Of a stretch of 64,000 nucleotides of DNA, positions 12,586-25,104 are shown one piece after another. The notes under the pieces are model-generated. The model worked only from the letters and a program-made list of their open reading frames with translations. It made no database searches and had not been told where the DNA came from. Source of the DNA: Mobula hypostoma. Its lineage: Eukaryota. Location of the stretch: the NCBI RefSeq assembly GCF_963921235.1, contig NC_086108.1, positions 17,360,001 to 17,424,000 on the forward strand. Reading direction: 5' to 3'. Positions within the stretch are counted from its first letter, which is position 1, and each line of letters opens with the position of its first letter. Position numbers and translations under genes: made by a program.

Positions 12586-13176
12586 CAAATGAATTGCTGC
12601 TGCAAAATTGGATGCATGGATCTCGCACAGCTGCTCGTCAAAAGTTAACTCTCATGCTTACCTCTCCTCAAACATCTTTAGTCAGCTTTCCACTGAGAGT
12701 AAATGTGGGTGGACAACATTTGCTTTAGATTGCAATGTGCAAGTGCAAATTGCAAAACAATTGTGGTATAGCTTGAAACTATGGAACCTGGCTGACTATA
12801 TAATCGAGATGTTGCAGAATTAGAAACAAACAGGAAAAACTTCTTGTCTGATCTACTGGTAGGTAGTAGTAGTTACTGAGCATGTCAAATATCAGGTTGG
12901 GAGGCTGTTCAGCTCTTGGACAGCATTGTCATGAAGATATTGCATTATCAACAGCATTCCGACATGGGATCTCATGATAGTGTAGTGACCAGCGTGACAC
13001 TATTGCAGCTCGGGGTGCAAGAGTTTGGACTTTACTTCCGGCATCGTCTGTAAGGAGATTGTATGTTCTCCCCATGACCATATGGGTTTCCTATGAGTGT
13101 TCCAGTTTCCTCCCACAGTCCAAAGACGTGCCAGTTATTAGGTCAAATGGTCATTGTAAATTGTCCTGTGACTAGA

Positions 13177-14680
13177 CAGGACCAGGCGAGATATACCCCA
13201 GGCTACCATGGGAGGCGAGAGAGGAGATTGCTGATCCTCTGGCAATGATCTTTGCATCATCAAAGGGGATGGGAGAGGTTTCAGAGGATTGGATGGTTGT
13301 AGATGTTTTTCCCCTATTCAAGAAAGGGAGTAGAGATAGCTCAGGAAATTATAGACCAGTGAGTCTTACTTCAGTGGATGGTAAGTTGATGGAGAAGATC
13401 CTGAGAGGCAGGATTTATGAACGTTTGGACAGGCATCATATGATTAGGAATAGTCAGCATGGCTTTGCCAAAGGCAGGTTGTACCTTCCGAGCCTGATTG
13501 AATTTTTTGAGGATGTGACTAAACACATTGATGAAGGTCGAGCAGTAGATGTAGTGTATATGGATTTCAGCAAGGCAATCGATAAGGTACCCCATGTAAG
13601 GCTTATTGAGAAAGTAAGGAAGCATGGGATCCAAGGGGACTTTGCTTTGTCGATGCTGAATTGGCTTGCCCGCAAAAGGGAAAGAGTGGTTGTAGATGGG
13701 TCATATTCTGCATGGAGGTCTGTAACTTGTGGTGTGCCTCAGGGATCTGTTCTGGGACCCCTTCTCTTCGTGATTTTTATAAATGACCTGGATGAGGAAG
13801 TGGAGGGATGGATTAGTAAATTTTCTGATGACATAAAGGTTGGGGGTGTTGTGGATAGTGTGGAGGGCTGTCAGAGGTTACAATGGGATATCGATAGGAT
13901 GCAAAAATGTGCTGAGAAGTGGCAGATGGAGTTCAACCCAGATAAGTGTGAGGTGGCTCATTTTGGTAGGTCAAATATGATGGCAGAATATAGTATTAAT
14001 GGTAAGATTCTTGGCAGTGTTTAAGATCAGAGGGATTTTGGGGTCCGAGGGATCTTGAGTCTGCATAGGTTGACTGTGTGGTTAAGAAGGCATATGGTAC
14101 ATTGGCCTTCATCAACCGTGGGATTGAGTTCAAGAGCCGAGAGGTAATGCTACAGCTATATCAGATCTTAATCAGACTCCACTTGGAGTACTGTGCTCAC
14201 TTCTGGTCACCTCACTGCAGGAAGGATGTGGAAACTATAGAAAGGGTGCAGAGGAGATTTACAAGGATGTTGCCTGGATTGGGGAGCATGCCTTATGAGA
14301 ATTTGTTGAGTGAGCTTGGCCTTTTCTCCTTCGAGTGATGGAGGCTGAGAGATGACCTGATAGAGGTGTATAAGATGATGAGAGGTATTGATTGTGTGGA
14401 TACTCAGAGGCTTTTTCCCAGAGCTGAAATGGCTAACATGAGAGGGCACAGTTTTAGGGTGCTTGTAAGTAGGTACAGAGGAGATGTCAGGGGCAAGTTT
14501 TTTACAGAGAGGGTGGTGAGTACATAGAATTGGTTGCTGGTGGCAATGGTGGAGACAGATACGATAGGGCCTTTTAAGAGACTCCAGGATAGGTACATGG
14601 AACCATAGGTAAGTACATATTCGGCACAGCCTCGTGGGCCGAAGGGCCTGTATTGTGCTGTAGGTTTTCTTTGTTTCCAT
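13177..14680 (+). mobile_element. 5'-truncated CR1 LINE (RT + 3' tail)
   Basis: ORFs 13245-14024 and 14078-14338 ([16 protein letters not shown]); tail GGGCCGAAGGGCCTGTATTGTGCTGTAGGTTTTCT. Confidence 0.95.
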
Positions 14681-14683
14681 GAC

Positions 14684-15505
14684 TGTCATGGCCCGGTCCG
14701 AAGTCCGCGTTCCGGTTCATGGTCTGCTCCGCGTACTCTAGCTCCGGGTCTTCCGGCTGTCCCTTGTTTCGGTTGGACTTAACCATAAGCACCTGATGCT
14801 CATCTTGGGGCTGGGAATATAAGTGGCCCTGGGATCGAGTGTAGTGGCTGGATTGTCTCGTCATTCTCCCCTCGGAGCAACCCACTGGTGGAAGGCTAGT
14901 GCAGTCATCGAGATATGGATTTGGCTGTTCTGTAGCCCACCGAGGTTACCAGCCGCCTCGGGTCTTGGAGCCACCCCGGACCTAGCTCCCTTCCTGTCCC
15001 TTGCCTCCATCGGGTAAGCCAGGCCGATTGGCATTACCCTGCGGTTGGTTCTGTCCCTTCCTGTCCCGTGGCTCTGTCGGGTAAGCCGGGCCATTTGCTG
15101 TTACCCTGTGGTTGAGTCTATCCCTTCCTGTCCTTGCCTCTGTGGGGTGCAGTCCTGCGTCCTGCCCAGGAGTTGTCTCGAAGTACCCTTGCCCCGTTAT
15201 GTCCTTGTCTAGCCTCCAACAACCCGATCCTTGTCGCGTCTTCGCCTGGTCTCCAAAAACCCGAGCCTCGTCACGTCTTTGCCTAGTTTTGGGGTCTGAG
15301 CCCAAGTCAAGACCCAGGTTCTGGGTCCTTGTCCAGTCTCTGGCTCAGAGTCCACGCTCCTTGTTTCCAGTCCCTCGTCCTGGTCCTGCTTCCCTAGCCT
15401 AGTCTGCGTCCTGTCCTGTCATTTAGTTTTGTCCATTCCCGTTCCTAGTACCTCAGTGTCTGTGTCTTGCATTTGGATCCATTCCCAACGCCCCCCACTG
15501 TGACA
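14684..15505 (+). mobile_element. Solo LTR (822 bp)
   Basis: TGTCA...TGACA inverted termini, 5-bp TSD ATGAC (14679-14683 / 15506-15510), TATA-like ATATAAG near 14817, internal short direct repeats. Confidence 0.85.
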
Positions 15506-16444
15506 ATGACTAAGCTATAGTTAAGTAGGTGGTTTGCTGGGTGGCATGGCTTATTGGGCTGGAGGGGCCTGTTCTGTGCTGTATCTCTAAATGAAATAAA
15601 ATTCTCAGTCATGATGTCTCTTGAGAAAAAAACTTGATGGGGTGTGAAGAAAATCCTTTCTTTTTCACTTCCTATGGGATGACCATATTTGACTATTAAG
15701 CCAAGGAATGTCAACAATACCAACTGGACACAATACAGTATCGATGTGGAAAGGTTTGACAGGGTTACTTGAACTTATGCCATTTGAAAGAGTCATAGAG
15801 ATATACAGTATGGAACTTTTCCAAGGATCATCTCCTTGTCTTGGTGGAGGGATTTGTGAGTTCCTGAGATCCCAAGAGCGACGCCATTGGAGCTTAGTCT
15901 CCTGGTAAGTTCAAGGGGAGGTTCCAGACAAAGAGCGATCCAAGTAAAACCTCAGTGATGAAGGTGGGGGAGGATGATAACACATCACAATGGCAGTGTA
16001 GGCAGAGAAAGACTGCAGCAGTGAAGGGTCTCCAGTCATCTTGCACACCATCCACTAGATCCTGACCCTGATCTATCAAGGACCATGTGGTGACTGCCCA
16101 TGCACCAGACGAAGTCACACACTGGCATTCTTCATTAAGGGAAACCACCCTAACATCCCGGAATAAGTCCCATGGTGATCAGTATGTGGCAAAGGGGGCA
16201 GGATTGTGAGATCTGGAAGCCCCTAATCATCAGCTGGCACATTGGGCAGTGGGTGTTTGATTCAGTTGCTGAAGTCTTGGACCAAGGCAGAAAAAGCCCT
16301 TTGGTAAATGCAGCCACAACTGAACAGTCCTATTTAGAAATCACTCTGCTCACCCCATGTGGGAAAGGGGCTAAAAAATAACCTGCCTCAAAACCTCTTG
16401 ATTGGATTATCACGTCCAGAGGGCATCATATGTGGTCAGAAATA

Positions 16445-19400
16445 TGTGACGGAGAATCCAGGATGGTTTGTTGCCTCCCGGGTGCCAGGGTCAAGGATGT
16501 CTCTGATCGCTTGCATGACATTCTGATGTGAGAGGGTAATCAGCCAGATATCGTGGTGCACATCGGTACCAATGACAAAGTAAGGAAGAGTGAGGAGGTC
16601 CTGGAGAGTGAGTATAGAGAGCTTGGTAGGAAGTTGAAAAGCAGGACCTCAAGGGTGGTAATCTCAGGATTGCTACCTGTGTTACGTGCCAGTGAGGGTA
16701 AGAATAGGATGCTCTGGAAGATGAACAAGTGGCTGAGGAACTGGTGTAGGGGCAGGGTTTCAGGTTTCAGGATCATTGGGACCTCTTCTGGTGCAGGTGG
16801 GACCTGTACAAGAGAGACGGGTTACACTTGAACTACAGGGGGACCAATATGCTTTCAGGGAGGTTTGTTAGTGCTGTTGGGGAGGCTTTAAACTAGATTT
16901 GCAGGGGGATGGGGACCAGAGTGCCAGAGCTGACAGTGTGGTTGGGGTGAAAAGTTCAAGCAAATCCAGTAATAGAAAGGTTGTAAGTGGTGGTAAAAAC
17001 CTTCTGAGGTGTATATATTTCAATGCTAGGAGTATTGCGGGGAAGGCGGATGAGTTGAGGGCGTGGATTGACACGTGGAATTATGACGTTATAGCAATTA
17101 GTGAAACTTGGCTACAGGAGGGGCAGGACTGGCAGCTTAATATTCCAGGGTTCCGATGTTTCAGATATGATCGAGGCAGAGGAATAAAAGGTGGGGGAGT
17201 AGCATTGCTTGTTAGGGAAAATATTACAGCAGTGCTCAGGCAGGACAGATTAGAGGGCTTGTCTACTGAGTCCTTATGGGTGGAGCTGAGAAACAGGAAA
17301 GGTATGGCCATATTAGTGGGATTGTATTACAGACCACCCAATAGTCAACGAGAATTGGAAGAGCAAATCTGCAGAGAGATAGCAGGAAACATAAAGTTGT
17401 GGTGGTAGGGGATTTTAATTTTCCATATATTGATTGGGACTCCCATACTGTTAAGGGTCTAGATGGTTTAGAGTTTGTAAAATGTGTTCAGGAAAGTTTT
17501 CTAAATCAATATATAGAGGGACCAACTAGAGGGGATGCAATATTGGATCTCCTGTTAGGAAACGAGTTAGGACAAGTGACGGAAGTCTGTGTAGGGGAGC
17601 ACTTTGGTTCCAGTGATCATAACACCATTAGTTTCAACTTGATCATGGACAAGGATAGATCTGGTCCTAGGGTTGAGGTTCTGAACTGGAAGAAGGCCAA
17701 ATTTGAAGAAATGAGAAAGGATCTAAAAAGCGTGGATTGGGACAGGTTGTTCTCTGGCAAAGATGTGATCGGTAGGTGGGAAGCCTTCAAAGGAGAAATT
17801 TTGAGAGTGCAGAGTTTATATGTTCCTGTCAGGATTAAAGGCAAAGTGAATAGGAATAAGGAACCTTGGTTCTCAAGGGATATTGCAACTCTGATACAGA
17901 AGAAGAGGGAGTTGTATGACATGTATAGGAAACTAGACTCTGTCTTGCCACTGGATCCAGATGGGAATTGGGAAGAGAGAGTGAGGCTGACGCTGCGCAA
18001 CTCTCCCTCACTTAAATCCAAATCACGCGCTAGTCTTGACACCATCATAATGGTGTCGAGGTCCTCAGCGATGTCAACGATAGATGAACAATAGGAAACA
18101 GGGAGTAAATAAGGTGCTTGAGGAGTATAAGAAGTGCAAGAAAATACTTAAGAAAGAAATCAGGAGGGCTAGAAGAAAACATGAGGTTGCCTTGGGAGTC
18201 AAAGTGAAGGATAATCCAAAGAGCTTTTACCAGGTATATTAAGAGCAAAAGGATTGAAAGGGATAAAATTGGTCCTCTTGAAGATCAGAGTGGTCAGCTA
18301 TGTGTGGAACCAAAGGAAATGGGGGAGATCTTAAATAGGTTTTTTGTGTCTGTATTTACTAAGGAAACTGGCATGAAGTCTATGGAATTAAGGGAAATAA
18401 GTAGTGAGATCATGGAAACTGTACAGATTGAAAGGGAGGAGGTGCTTGCTGTCTTGAGGAAAATTAAAGGGGATAAATTCCCAGAATCTGACAGGGTGTT
18501 CCCTCGGACCTTGAAGGAGACTAGTGTTGAAATTGCAGGGGCCCTGGCAGAAATATTTAAAATGTCGCTGTCTACAGGTGAGTTGCCGGAGATTTGGAGA
18601 GTGGCTCATGTTGTTCCGTTGTTTAAAAAAGGATCGAAAAGTAATCCGGAAAATTATAGGCCGGTAAGTTTAACGTCGGTAGTAGGTAAGTTATTGGAGG
18701 GAGTACTAAGAGACAGAATCTACAAGCTTTTGGATAGACAGGGACTTATTAGGGAGAGTCAACATGGCTTTGTGCATGGTAGGTCATGTTTGACCAATCT
18801 ATTGGAGTTTTTCGAGGAGGTTACCAGGAAAGTGGATGAAGGGAAGGCAGTGGATATTGTCTACATGGACTTCAGTAAGGCCTTTGACAAGGTCCCGCAT
18901 GGGAGGTTAGTTAGGAAAATTCAGTCGCTAGATATACATGGAGAGGTGGTAAATTGGATTAGACATTGGCTCAATGGAAGAAGCCAAAGAGTGGTAGTAG
19001 AGAATGGCTTCTCCGAGTGGAGGCCTGTGACTAGCGGTGTGCCACAGGGATCAGTGCTGGGTCCATTGTTATTTGTCACCTATATCAATGATCTGGATGA
19101 TAATGTGGTAAATTGGATCAGCAAATTTGCTGATGATACAAAGATTGGAGGTGTAGTAGACAGTGAGGAAGGTTTTCAGAGCCTGCAGAGGGACTTGGAC
19201 CAGCTGGGAAAATGGGCTGAAAAATGGCAGATGGAGTTTAATACAGACAAGTGTGAGGTATTACACGTTGGAAGGACAAACCAAGGTAGAACATACAGGG
19301 TTAATGGTAAGGCACTGAGGAGTGCAGTAGAACAGAGGGATCTGGGAATACAGATACAAAATTCCCTAAAAGTGGCGTCACAGGTAGATAGGGTCATAAA

Positions 19401-20050
19401 GAGAGCCTTTGGTACATTGGCCTTTATTAATCAAAGTATTGAGTATAAGAGCTGGAATGTTATGATGAGGTTGTATAAGGCATTGGTGAGGCCGAATCTG
19501 GAGTATTGTGTTCAGTTTTGGTCACCAAATTACAAGAAGGATATAAATAAGGTTGAAAGAGCGCAGAGAAGGTTTACAAGGATGTTGCCGGGACTTGAGA
19601 AACTCAGTCACAGAGAAAGGTTGAATAGGTTAGGACTTCATTCCCTGGAGCGTAGAAGAATGAGGGGAGATTTGATAGAGGTATATAAAATTATGATGGG
19701 TATAGATAGAGTGAATGCAAGCAGGCTTTTTCCACTGAGGCAAGGGGAGAAAAAAACCAGAGGACATGGGTTAAGGGTGAGGGGGGAAAAGTTTAAAGGG
19801 AACATTAGAGGGGGCTTCTTCACACAGAGAGTGGTGGGAGTATGGAATGAGCTGCCAGACGAGGTGGTAAATGCGGGTTCTTTTTCAACATTTAAAAATA
19901 AATTGGACAGATACATGGATGGGAGGTGAATGGAGGGATATGGTCTGTGTGCAGGTTAGTGGGACAAGGCAGAAAATGGTTCGGCATAGCCAAGAAGGGC
20001 CAAAAGGCCTGTTTCTGTGCTGTAGTTTTTCTATGGTTTCTATGGTTTCT
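16445..20050 (+). mobile_element. Near full-length CR1 LINE: ORF1 esterase C-terminal half, ORF2 EN and an open 541-aa RT segment (18304-19929)
   Basis: VHIGTNDK...RVVISGLLPV (SGNH esterase); [28 protein letters not shown]; (TTTCTATGG)n tail; probable TSD AAATA. Confidence 0.97.
17934..18090 (+). mobile_element. 157-bp retroposon 3' fragment (probably RTE-mobilised) inserted in CR1 ORF2
   Basis: 9-bp TSD ATAGGAAAC (17925-17933 / 18091-18099); hairpin CTTGACACCAT-CATA-ATGGTGTCGAG. Confidence 0.75.
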
Positions 20051-20390
20051 AAATAAAGAAACATGACCTTTGGAGCCTGGAGTGTCCACACTCTGATAGA
20101 TAGTGCAATCAATGATTGATCAGAGGTAAACTGCAATCATCACCAGAGTATTGAGGAGATGCTAGATTGATCTAGCTACTCCTTCTGAAACTTGGGTGAT
20201 AGACTAAGGCCAACTAAGGGAGGAGAAGGGTGGTCATTAGATAAGATTAGATTATGAGGACACTCAGTCCTTGTTTATTGTCATTTAGTAATGCATGCAT
20301 TAAAAATTGATACAATGTTCCTCCAGTATGATATCACAGAAACACAAGACAGACCAAGACTAAAACTGTTAAAACCACATAATTATAACA

Positions 20391-23113
20391 AAAACAACAG
20401 GAATTCTGCAGATGCTGGAAATTCAAGCAACACACATCAAAGTTGCTGGTGAACGCAGCAGGCCAACCAGCATCTCTAGGAAGAGGTACAGTCGACGTTT
20501 CAGGCCGAGACCCTTCGTCAGGACTAACTGAAGGAAGAGTTAGTAAGAGATTTGAAAGTGGGAGGGGGAGGGGGAGATCCAAAATGATAGGAGAAGACAG
20601 GAGGGGGAGGGATGGAGCCAAGAGCTGGACAGGTGATTGGCAAAGGGGATATGAGAGGATCATGGGACAGGAGGTCCGGGGAGAAAGACAAGGGGGGAGA
20701 AAGACAAGGGGGGGGGAACCCAGAGGATGGGCAAGGGGTATAGGGAGAGGGGCAGAGGGAGAAAAAGGAGAGTGAGAGAAAGAATGTGTGTATAAAAATA
20801 AATAACGGGTGGGGTACGAGGGGGAGGTGGGGCATTAGCGGAAGTTAGAGAAGTCGATGTTCATGCCATCAGGTTGGAGGCTACCCAGATGGAATATAAG
20901 GTGTTGTTCCTCCAACCTGAGTGTGGCTTCATCTTTACAGTAGAGGAGGCCGTGGATAGACATGTCAGAATGGGAATGAGATGTGGAATTAAAATGTGTG
21001 GCTACTGGGAGATCCTGCTTTCTCTGGCGGACAGAGCGTAGGTGTTCAGCAAAGCGGTCTCCCAGTCTGTGTCGGGTCTCGCCAATATATAGAAGGCCAC
21101 ATCGGGAGCACCTGACGCAGTATATCACCCCAGCTGACTCACAGGTGAAGTGTCGCCTCACCTGGAAGGACTGTTTGGGGCCCTGAATGATGGTAAGGGA
21201 GGAAGTGTAAGGGCATGTGTAGCACTTGTTCCGCTTACAAGGATAAGTGCCAGGAGGGAGATCAGTGGGGAGGGATGGGGGGGACGAATGGACAAGGGAG
21301 TCGCGTAGGGAGCGATCCCTGCAGAAAGCAGACAGAGAAGGGGAGGGAAAAATGTGCTTAGTGGTGGGATCCCGTTGGAGGTGGCGGAAGTTACGGAGAA
21401 TAATATGTTGGACCCGGAGGCTGGTGGGGTGGTAGGTGAGGACCAGGGGAACCATATTCCTAGTGGGGTGGCGGGAGGATGGAGTGAGAGCAGATGTACG
21501 TGAAATGGGTGAGATGCGTTTGAGAGCAGAGTTGATAGTGGAGGAAGGGAAGCCCCTTTCTTTAAAAAAGGAGGACATCTCCCTCGTCCTGGAATGAAAA
21601 GCCTCATCCTGAGAGCAGATGTGGCGGAGACGGAGGAATTGCGAGAAGGGGATGGCATTTTTGCAAGAGACAGGGTGAGAAGAGGAATAGTCCAGATAGC
21701 TGTGAGAGTCAGTAGGCTTATAGTAGACATCAGTGGATAAGCTGTCTCCAGAGACAGAGACAGAAAGATCTAGAAAGGGGAGGGAGGTGTCGGAAATGGA
21801 CCAGGTAAACTTGAGGGCAGGGTGAAAGTTGAAGGCAAAGTTAATAAAGTCAACGAGCTCAGCATGCGTGCAGGAAGCAGCGCCATTGCAGTCGTCGATG
21901 TAGCGAAGGAAAAGTGGGGGCAGATACCAGAATAGGCACGGAATATAGGTTGTTCCACAAACCCAACAAAAATGCAGGCATAGCTGGGACCCATATGGGT
22001 GCCCATAGCTACATCTTTAGTTTGGAGGAAGTGGGAGGAGCCAAAGGAGAAATTATTAAGAGTAAGGACTAATTCCGCTAGACGGAGCAGAGTGGTGGTA
22101 GAGGGGAACTGATTAGGTCTGGAATCCAGAAAGAAGCGGAGAGATTTGAGACCTTCTTGATGGGGGATGGAAGTATATAGGGACTGGACATCTGTGGTGA
22201 AAATAAAGCGGTGGGAGCCAGGGAACTTAAAATCATCAAAAAGTTTAAGAGCGTTAGAAGTGTCACGAACATAGGTAGGAAGGAATTGAACAAGGGGGGA
22301 TAAAACCGTGTCGAGGTATGCAGAAACGAGTTCGGTGGGGCAGGAGCAAGCTGAGAGAATAGGTCTGCCAGGACAGGCAGGTTTGTGGATCTTGGGTAGG
22401 AGGTAGAAATGGGAAGTGCGAGGTGTGGGAAATATAAGGTTGGTAGTAGTGGATGGGAGATCCCCTGAGCAGATAAAGTTGGTGATGGTGTGGGAGATAA
22501 TGGCCTGGTGCTCCTTAGTGGGGTCACGATCGAGGGGTAAATAAGAGGAGGTATCCGCGAGTTGTCACTGTGCCTCGGCAAGGTAGAGGTCAGTACGCCA
22601 GACTACAACAGCACCCCCCTTATCGGCGGGTTTAATAATAAGGTTAGGATTTGTGCGGAGGGAGTGGAGAGCAGAGAGTTCCGAAGGAGTGAGGTTGGAA
22701 TGGGAACAAGGTGCGGTGAAGTTGAGATGGTTGATGTCCCGTCTGCAGTTAGCGATAAAGAGATCCAGAGCAGGCAGAAGACCAGAGGTCCATGAAGAAG
22801 AGGAGGGTTGAAGATGGGAGAAGGGGTCATCGGTGGGGGTGGAAGAGTCCTTGCCGAAGAAGTAGGCTCGGAGACGGAGACTGCGGAAGAAGAGTTCCGC
22901 ATCATGGCGAACACGGAACTCGCTGAGGTGTGGGCGAAGGGGGACAAAGTTGAGGCCCTTACTGAGGACAGAGCGTTCTGCCTCCGACAGTTGAAGGTCG
23001 GAGGGGATGGTAAAGACCCGGCACGGATGAGAGCTGGGATCAGAGGGGGGAGGGGGGAGGCTGGGGGTGTCAATGGAGAGGGGAGGGTTGGGGTGAGAGG
23101 AAGATGGAACCTG
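20391..23113 (-). mobile_element. Penelope-like element (Neptune-type), 5'-truncated: RT + GIY-YIG endonuclease + pseudo-LTR
   Basis: VLSKGLNFVP, IIKPADKGGAVVV, MGTHMGPSYA, LRYIDD (~21891-21909), Cys-rich linker CKRNKCYTC, GVIYCVRCSRCGLLYIGET...RFAEH...HFN...GMN; TSD TTRTAACA (20383-20390 / 23114-23121). Confidence 0.95.
20489..20526 (-). ncRNA. Minimal type I hammerhead ribozyme motif in Penelope pseudo-LTR
   Basis: Minus strand UAGUC-CUGACGA-AGGGUCUCGGCCU-GAAA-C-GUC-GACUG; intact core and stem I. Confidence 0.8.
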
Positions 23114-23968
23114 TTGTAACATATAGTTACAACAGTGCAAAGCAATACCGTAATTTGATAAAGAACAGACCATGGGCACGGTAAAAAAAGACTCGAAGTC
23201 CCGATAGCCCCATCATCTCACGCAGATGGTAGAAGGAAGAAAAACATTCTCCCTGCCATGAACCTCCAGCACTGCAAACTTGGATGTGGCACCCTGGAAG
23301 CATCCGACCACAGCCGACTCTGAGTCTATCCGAAAACTTCGAGTCTCTGACCAGCCCTCTGACACCGAGCACCGAGCACCATCTCTGCCGAGCGCTTCAA
23401 CCCCGACCCCGGCCGCCAAGCAACAGGCAAAACTGAGGATTCGAGGCCTTCCCCTCTGGAGATCCTGGATTGCACAGTAGCAGCGGCAGTGTCACAGGCA
23501 TTTCAGAAGTTTCACCAGATGTTCCAACATGCTTCTCACGCCCGTCTCCATCAAATCAGGATTGTGCACGGCATCCTACTTGACAGATTACAGATGTTCA
23601 TTCCGGAGTGGCCGCTGCGTGCTGTGTCGCGCCGCCATCTTCTATTTTATAGCTTCTTCTTTCTTCTGGAAAGGGAAGGCAGCTGATGGGCCCTGGATCC
23701 ATGATATTGGGATTGCAATAAAGAACCAGCTTGTCAGTAAATTCTCTGAACTTCCCAACAATCAGATGGCAACTGCCTTGAGTGCTCATGCATCAATTTT
23801 GGACTCCTATGAGTACGAAAAAGAGGCTTTCTATGCTGTTGATCAACTCCAAGGAGGATAAGTTAATTTTCTTAAGGACTTCAATGCCAGGGTCAGTCAG
23901 GACTTCAACCTATGGAAGGGTACGATAGGAAAGGAAGGCATTGCCAACATCAAGTCAAGGAGGAGGAG

Positions 23969-24635
23969 AAGATGGTGGCGCGACGCAGTGCACATGGCCT
24001 CTCTGGTGAATGATATCTGTAATCTATCAAGTAGGGGACCATGCACAATTCTGATTTGATGGAGACAGACGTGAGAGTACGGAGGAGAACCTGGAGAAAC
24101 TTCTGAAGTGCCCGCTTCGCTGCCACTGCTACTGTGTGATAACGGGAATCCCTGGAGCAGAAGGCCCCGAATCCTCGGCTTTGCTTGTTTTTCAGCGGCC
24201 AGGACAAGATCGAAGGCGCTCAGCAGAGGATGGCGCTTGGGAGGCTGTGTCGGACGGGATGGTCGGAGGCTCAAAGTTTTCAGATGGATGGACTCGGTAT
24301 CGGCTGTGGTCGGCTGCTTCCAAGGCATCAGCAGTTGTCGGTGCCTTGGAGGTTTATGGCAGGGAGTTTCTCCCTTTTGCCGCCTGCTATCGGGGACTCA
24401 GGAGTCGAATGGGACTTGAGACTTTTTTTTACCGTGCCCATGGTCTGTTCTTTATCAAATTATGGTATTGTTTTGCACTGCTGTAACTATATGTGGTTCT
24501 GTCAGTGTTAGTCTTTGGTTTGTTCTGTTTTCTGTGATATCACTCTGGAGGAACATTGTATCATTTCTTAATGCACGTATGCATTTCTAATTGACAATAA
24601 AAGAGGACCGAGTGTTCTCATAAACTAAAAAAAAA
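23969..24635 (+). mobile_element. Non-autonomous retroelement copy B, inverted relative to copy A
   Basis: Starts AAGATGGTGGCGCGAC; ends GACAATAAAAGAGGACCGAGTGTTCTCATAAACT-poly(A); no credible ORF. Confidence 0.8.
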
Positions 24636-25104
24636 TTGAGTACCACTTCTCATCATATATGCTGAGCACCATTTTAACATTGTAAATATTCTCTTCAGTC
24701 AGAAAAAACAAATTCAAGGCATCTTGGAAGCACTCCCGTTCTAAACAGTGGCATCTTATTGGTTATGTCATCATCTGAGCTAGGGATTGCCGTGAAGTGA
24801 ATATCACAAGGACCATGATTAGTACAAATGGGTGCTGGACAGATCATCGCCTGAGGACTCCCAAATTTCCCACATCTCACATTTCCCACAAAAAACATTC
24901 AAATCCGTTCTCAGTGCACTAGGTATGTACTAACAGAAAAAAGATACCAGTTCTTATTTACTTACTTAGAACCTCAGCCTTTCCTTGCCCAAGCCTGTTT
25001 TTGCCTGACTGTTGAGTCAAAACTGGACCGCTCTAACAATGCCCCTCTCCAACAATTGCTGCTCTACTTACACCTCCTTTCTTTTTTATTGGCCTTTGCT
25101 GATC

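Larger units (their letters stand above)
12975..15600 (+). mobile_element. V-SINE/HE1-like tRNA SINE split in two (12975-13176 and 15511-15600) by a CR1 and a solo LTR
   Basis: Core GGGTTTCC...CAGTTTCCTCCCACAGTCCAAAGAC...GGTCATTGTAAATTGTCC; CR1-like tail GGGCCTGTTCTGTGCTGTATCTCTAAATGAAATAAA after 15511; uninterrupted equivalent at 39015-39215. Confidence 0.75.
20237..23642 (-). mobile_element. Non-autonomous retroelement copy A (~670 bp: 20237-20390 + 23122-23642), split by Penelope
   Basis: Reverse complement aligns along its length with 23969-24635; 5' end GAAGATGGCGGCGCGAC; (TCTAA)n-like tail. Confidence 0.8.
15790..24855 (+). mobile_element. RTE-clade LINE 5' part (5'UTR + endonuclease) broken into four pieces: ~15790-16444, 20051-20236, 23643-23960, 24636-24855
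   Basis: Pieces translate (with frameshifts) to consecutive RTE EN motifs: MTFGAWSVHTL; FFWKGK...GIAIKN; EKEAFY; DFNARV...LWKGTIGKEGI; SWKHSRSKQWHLIGYVI...CWTDHRL. Confidence 0.8.
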
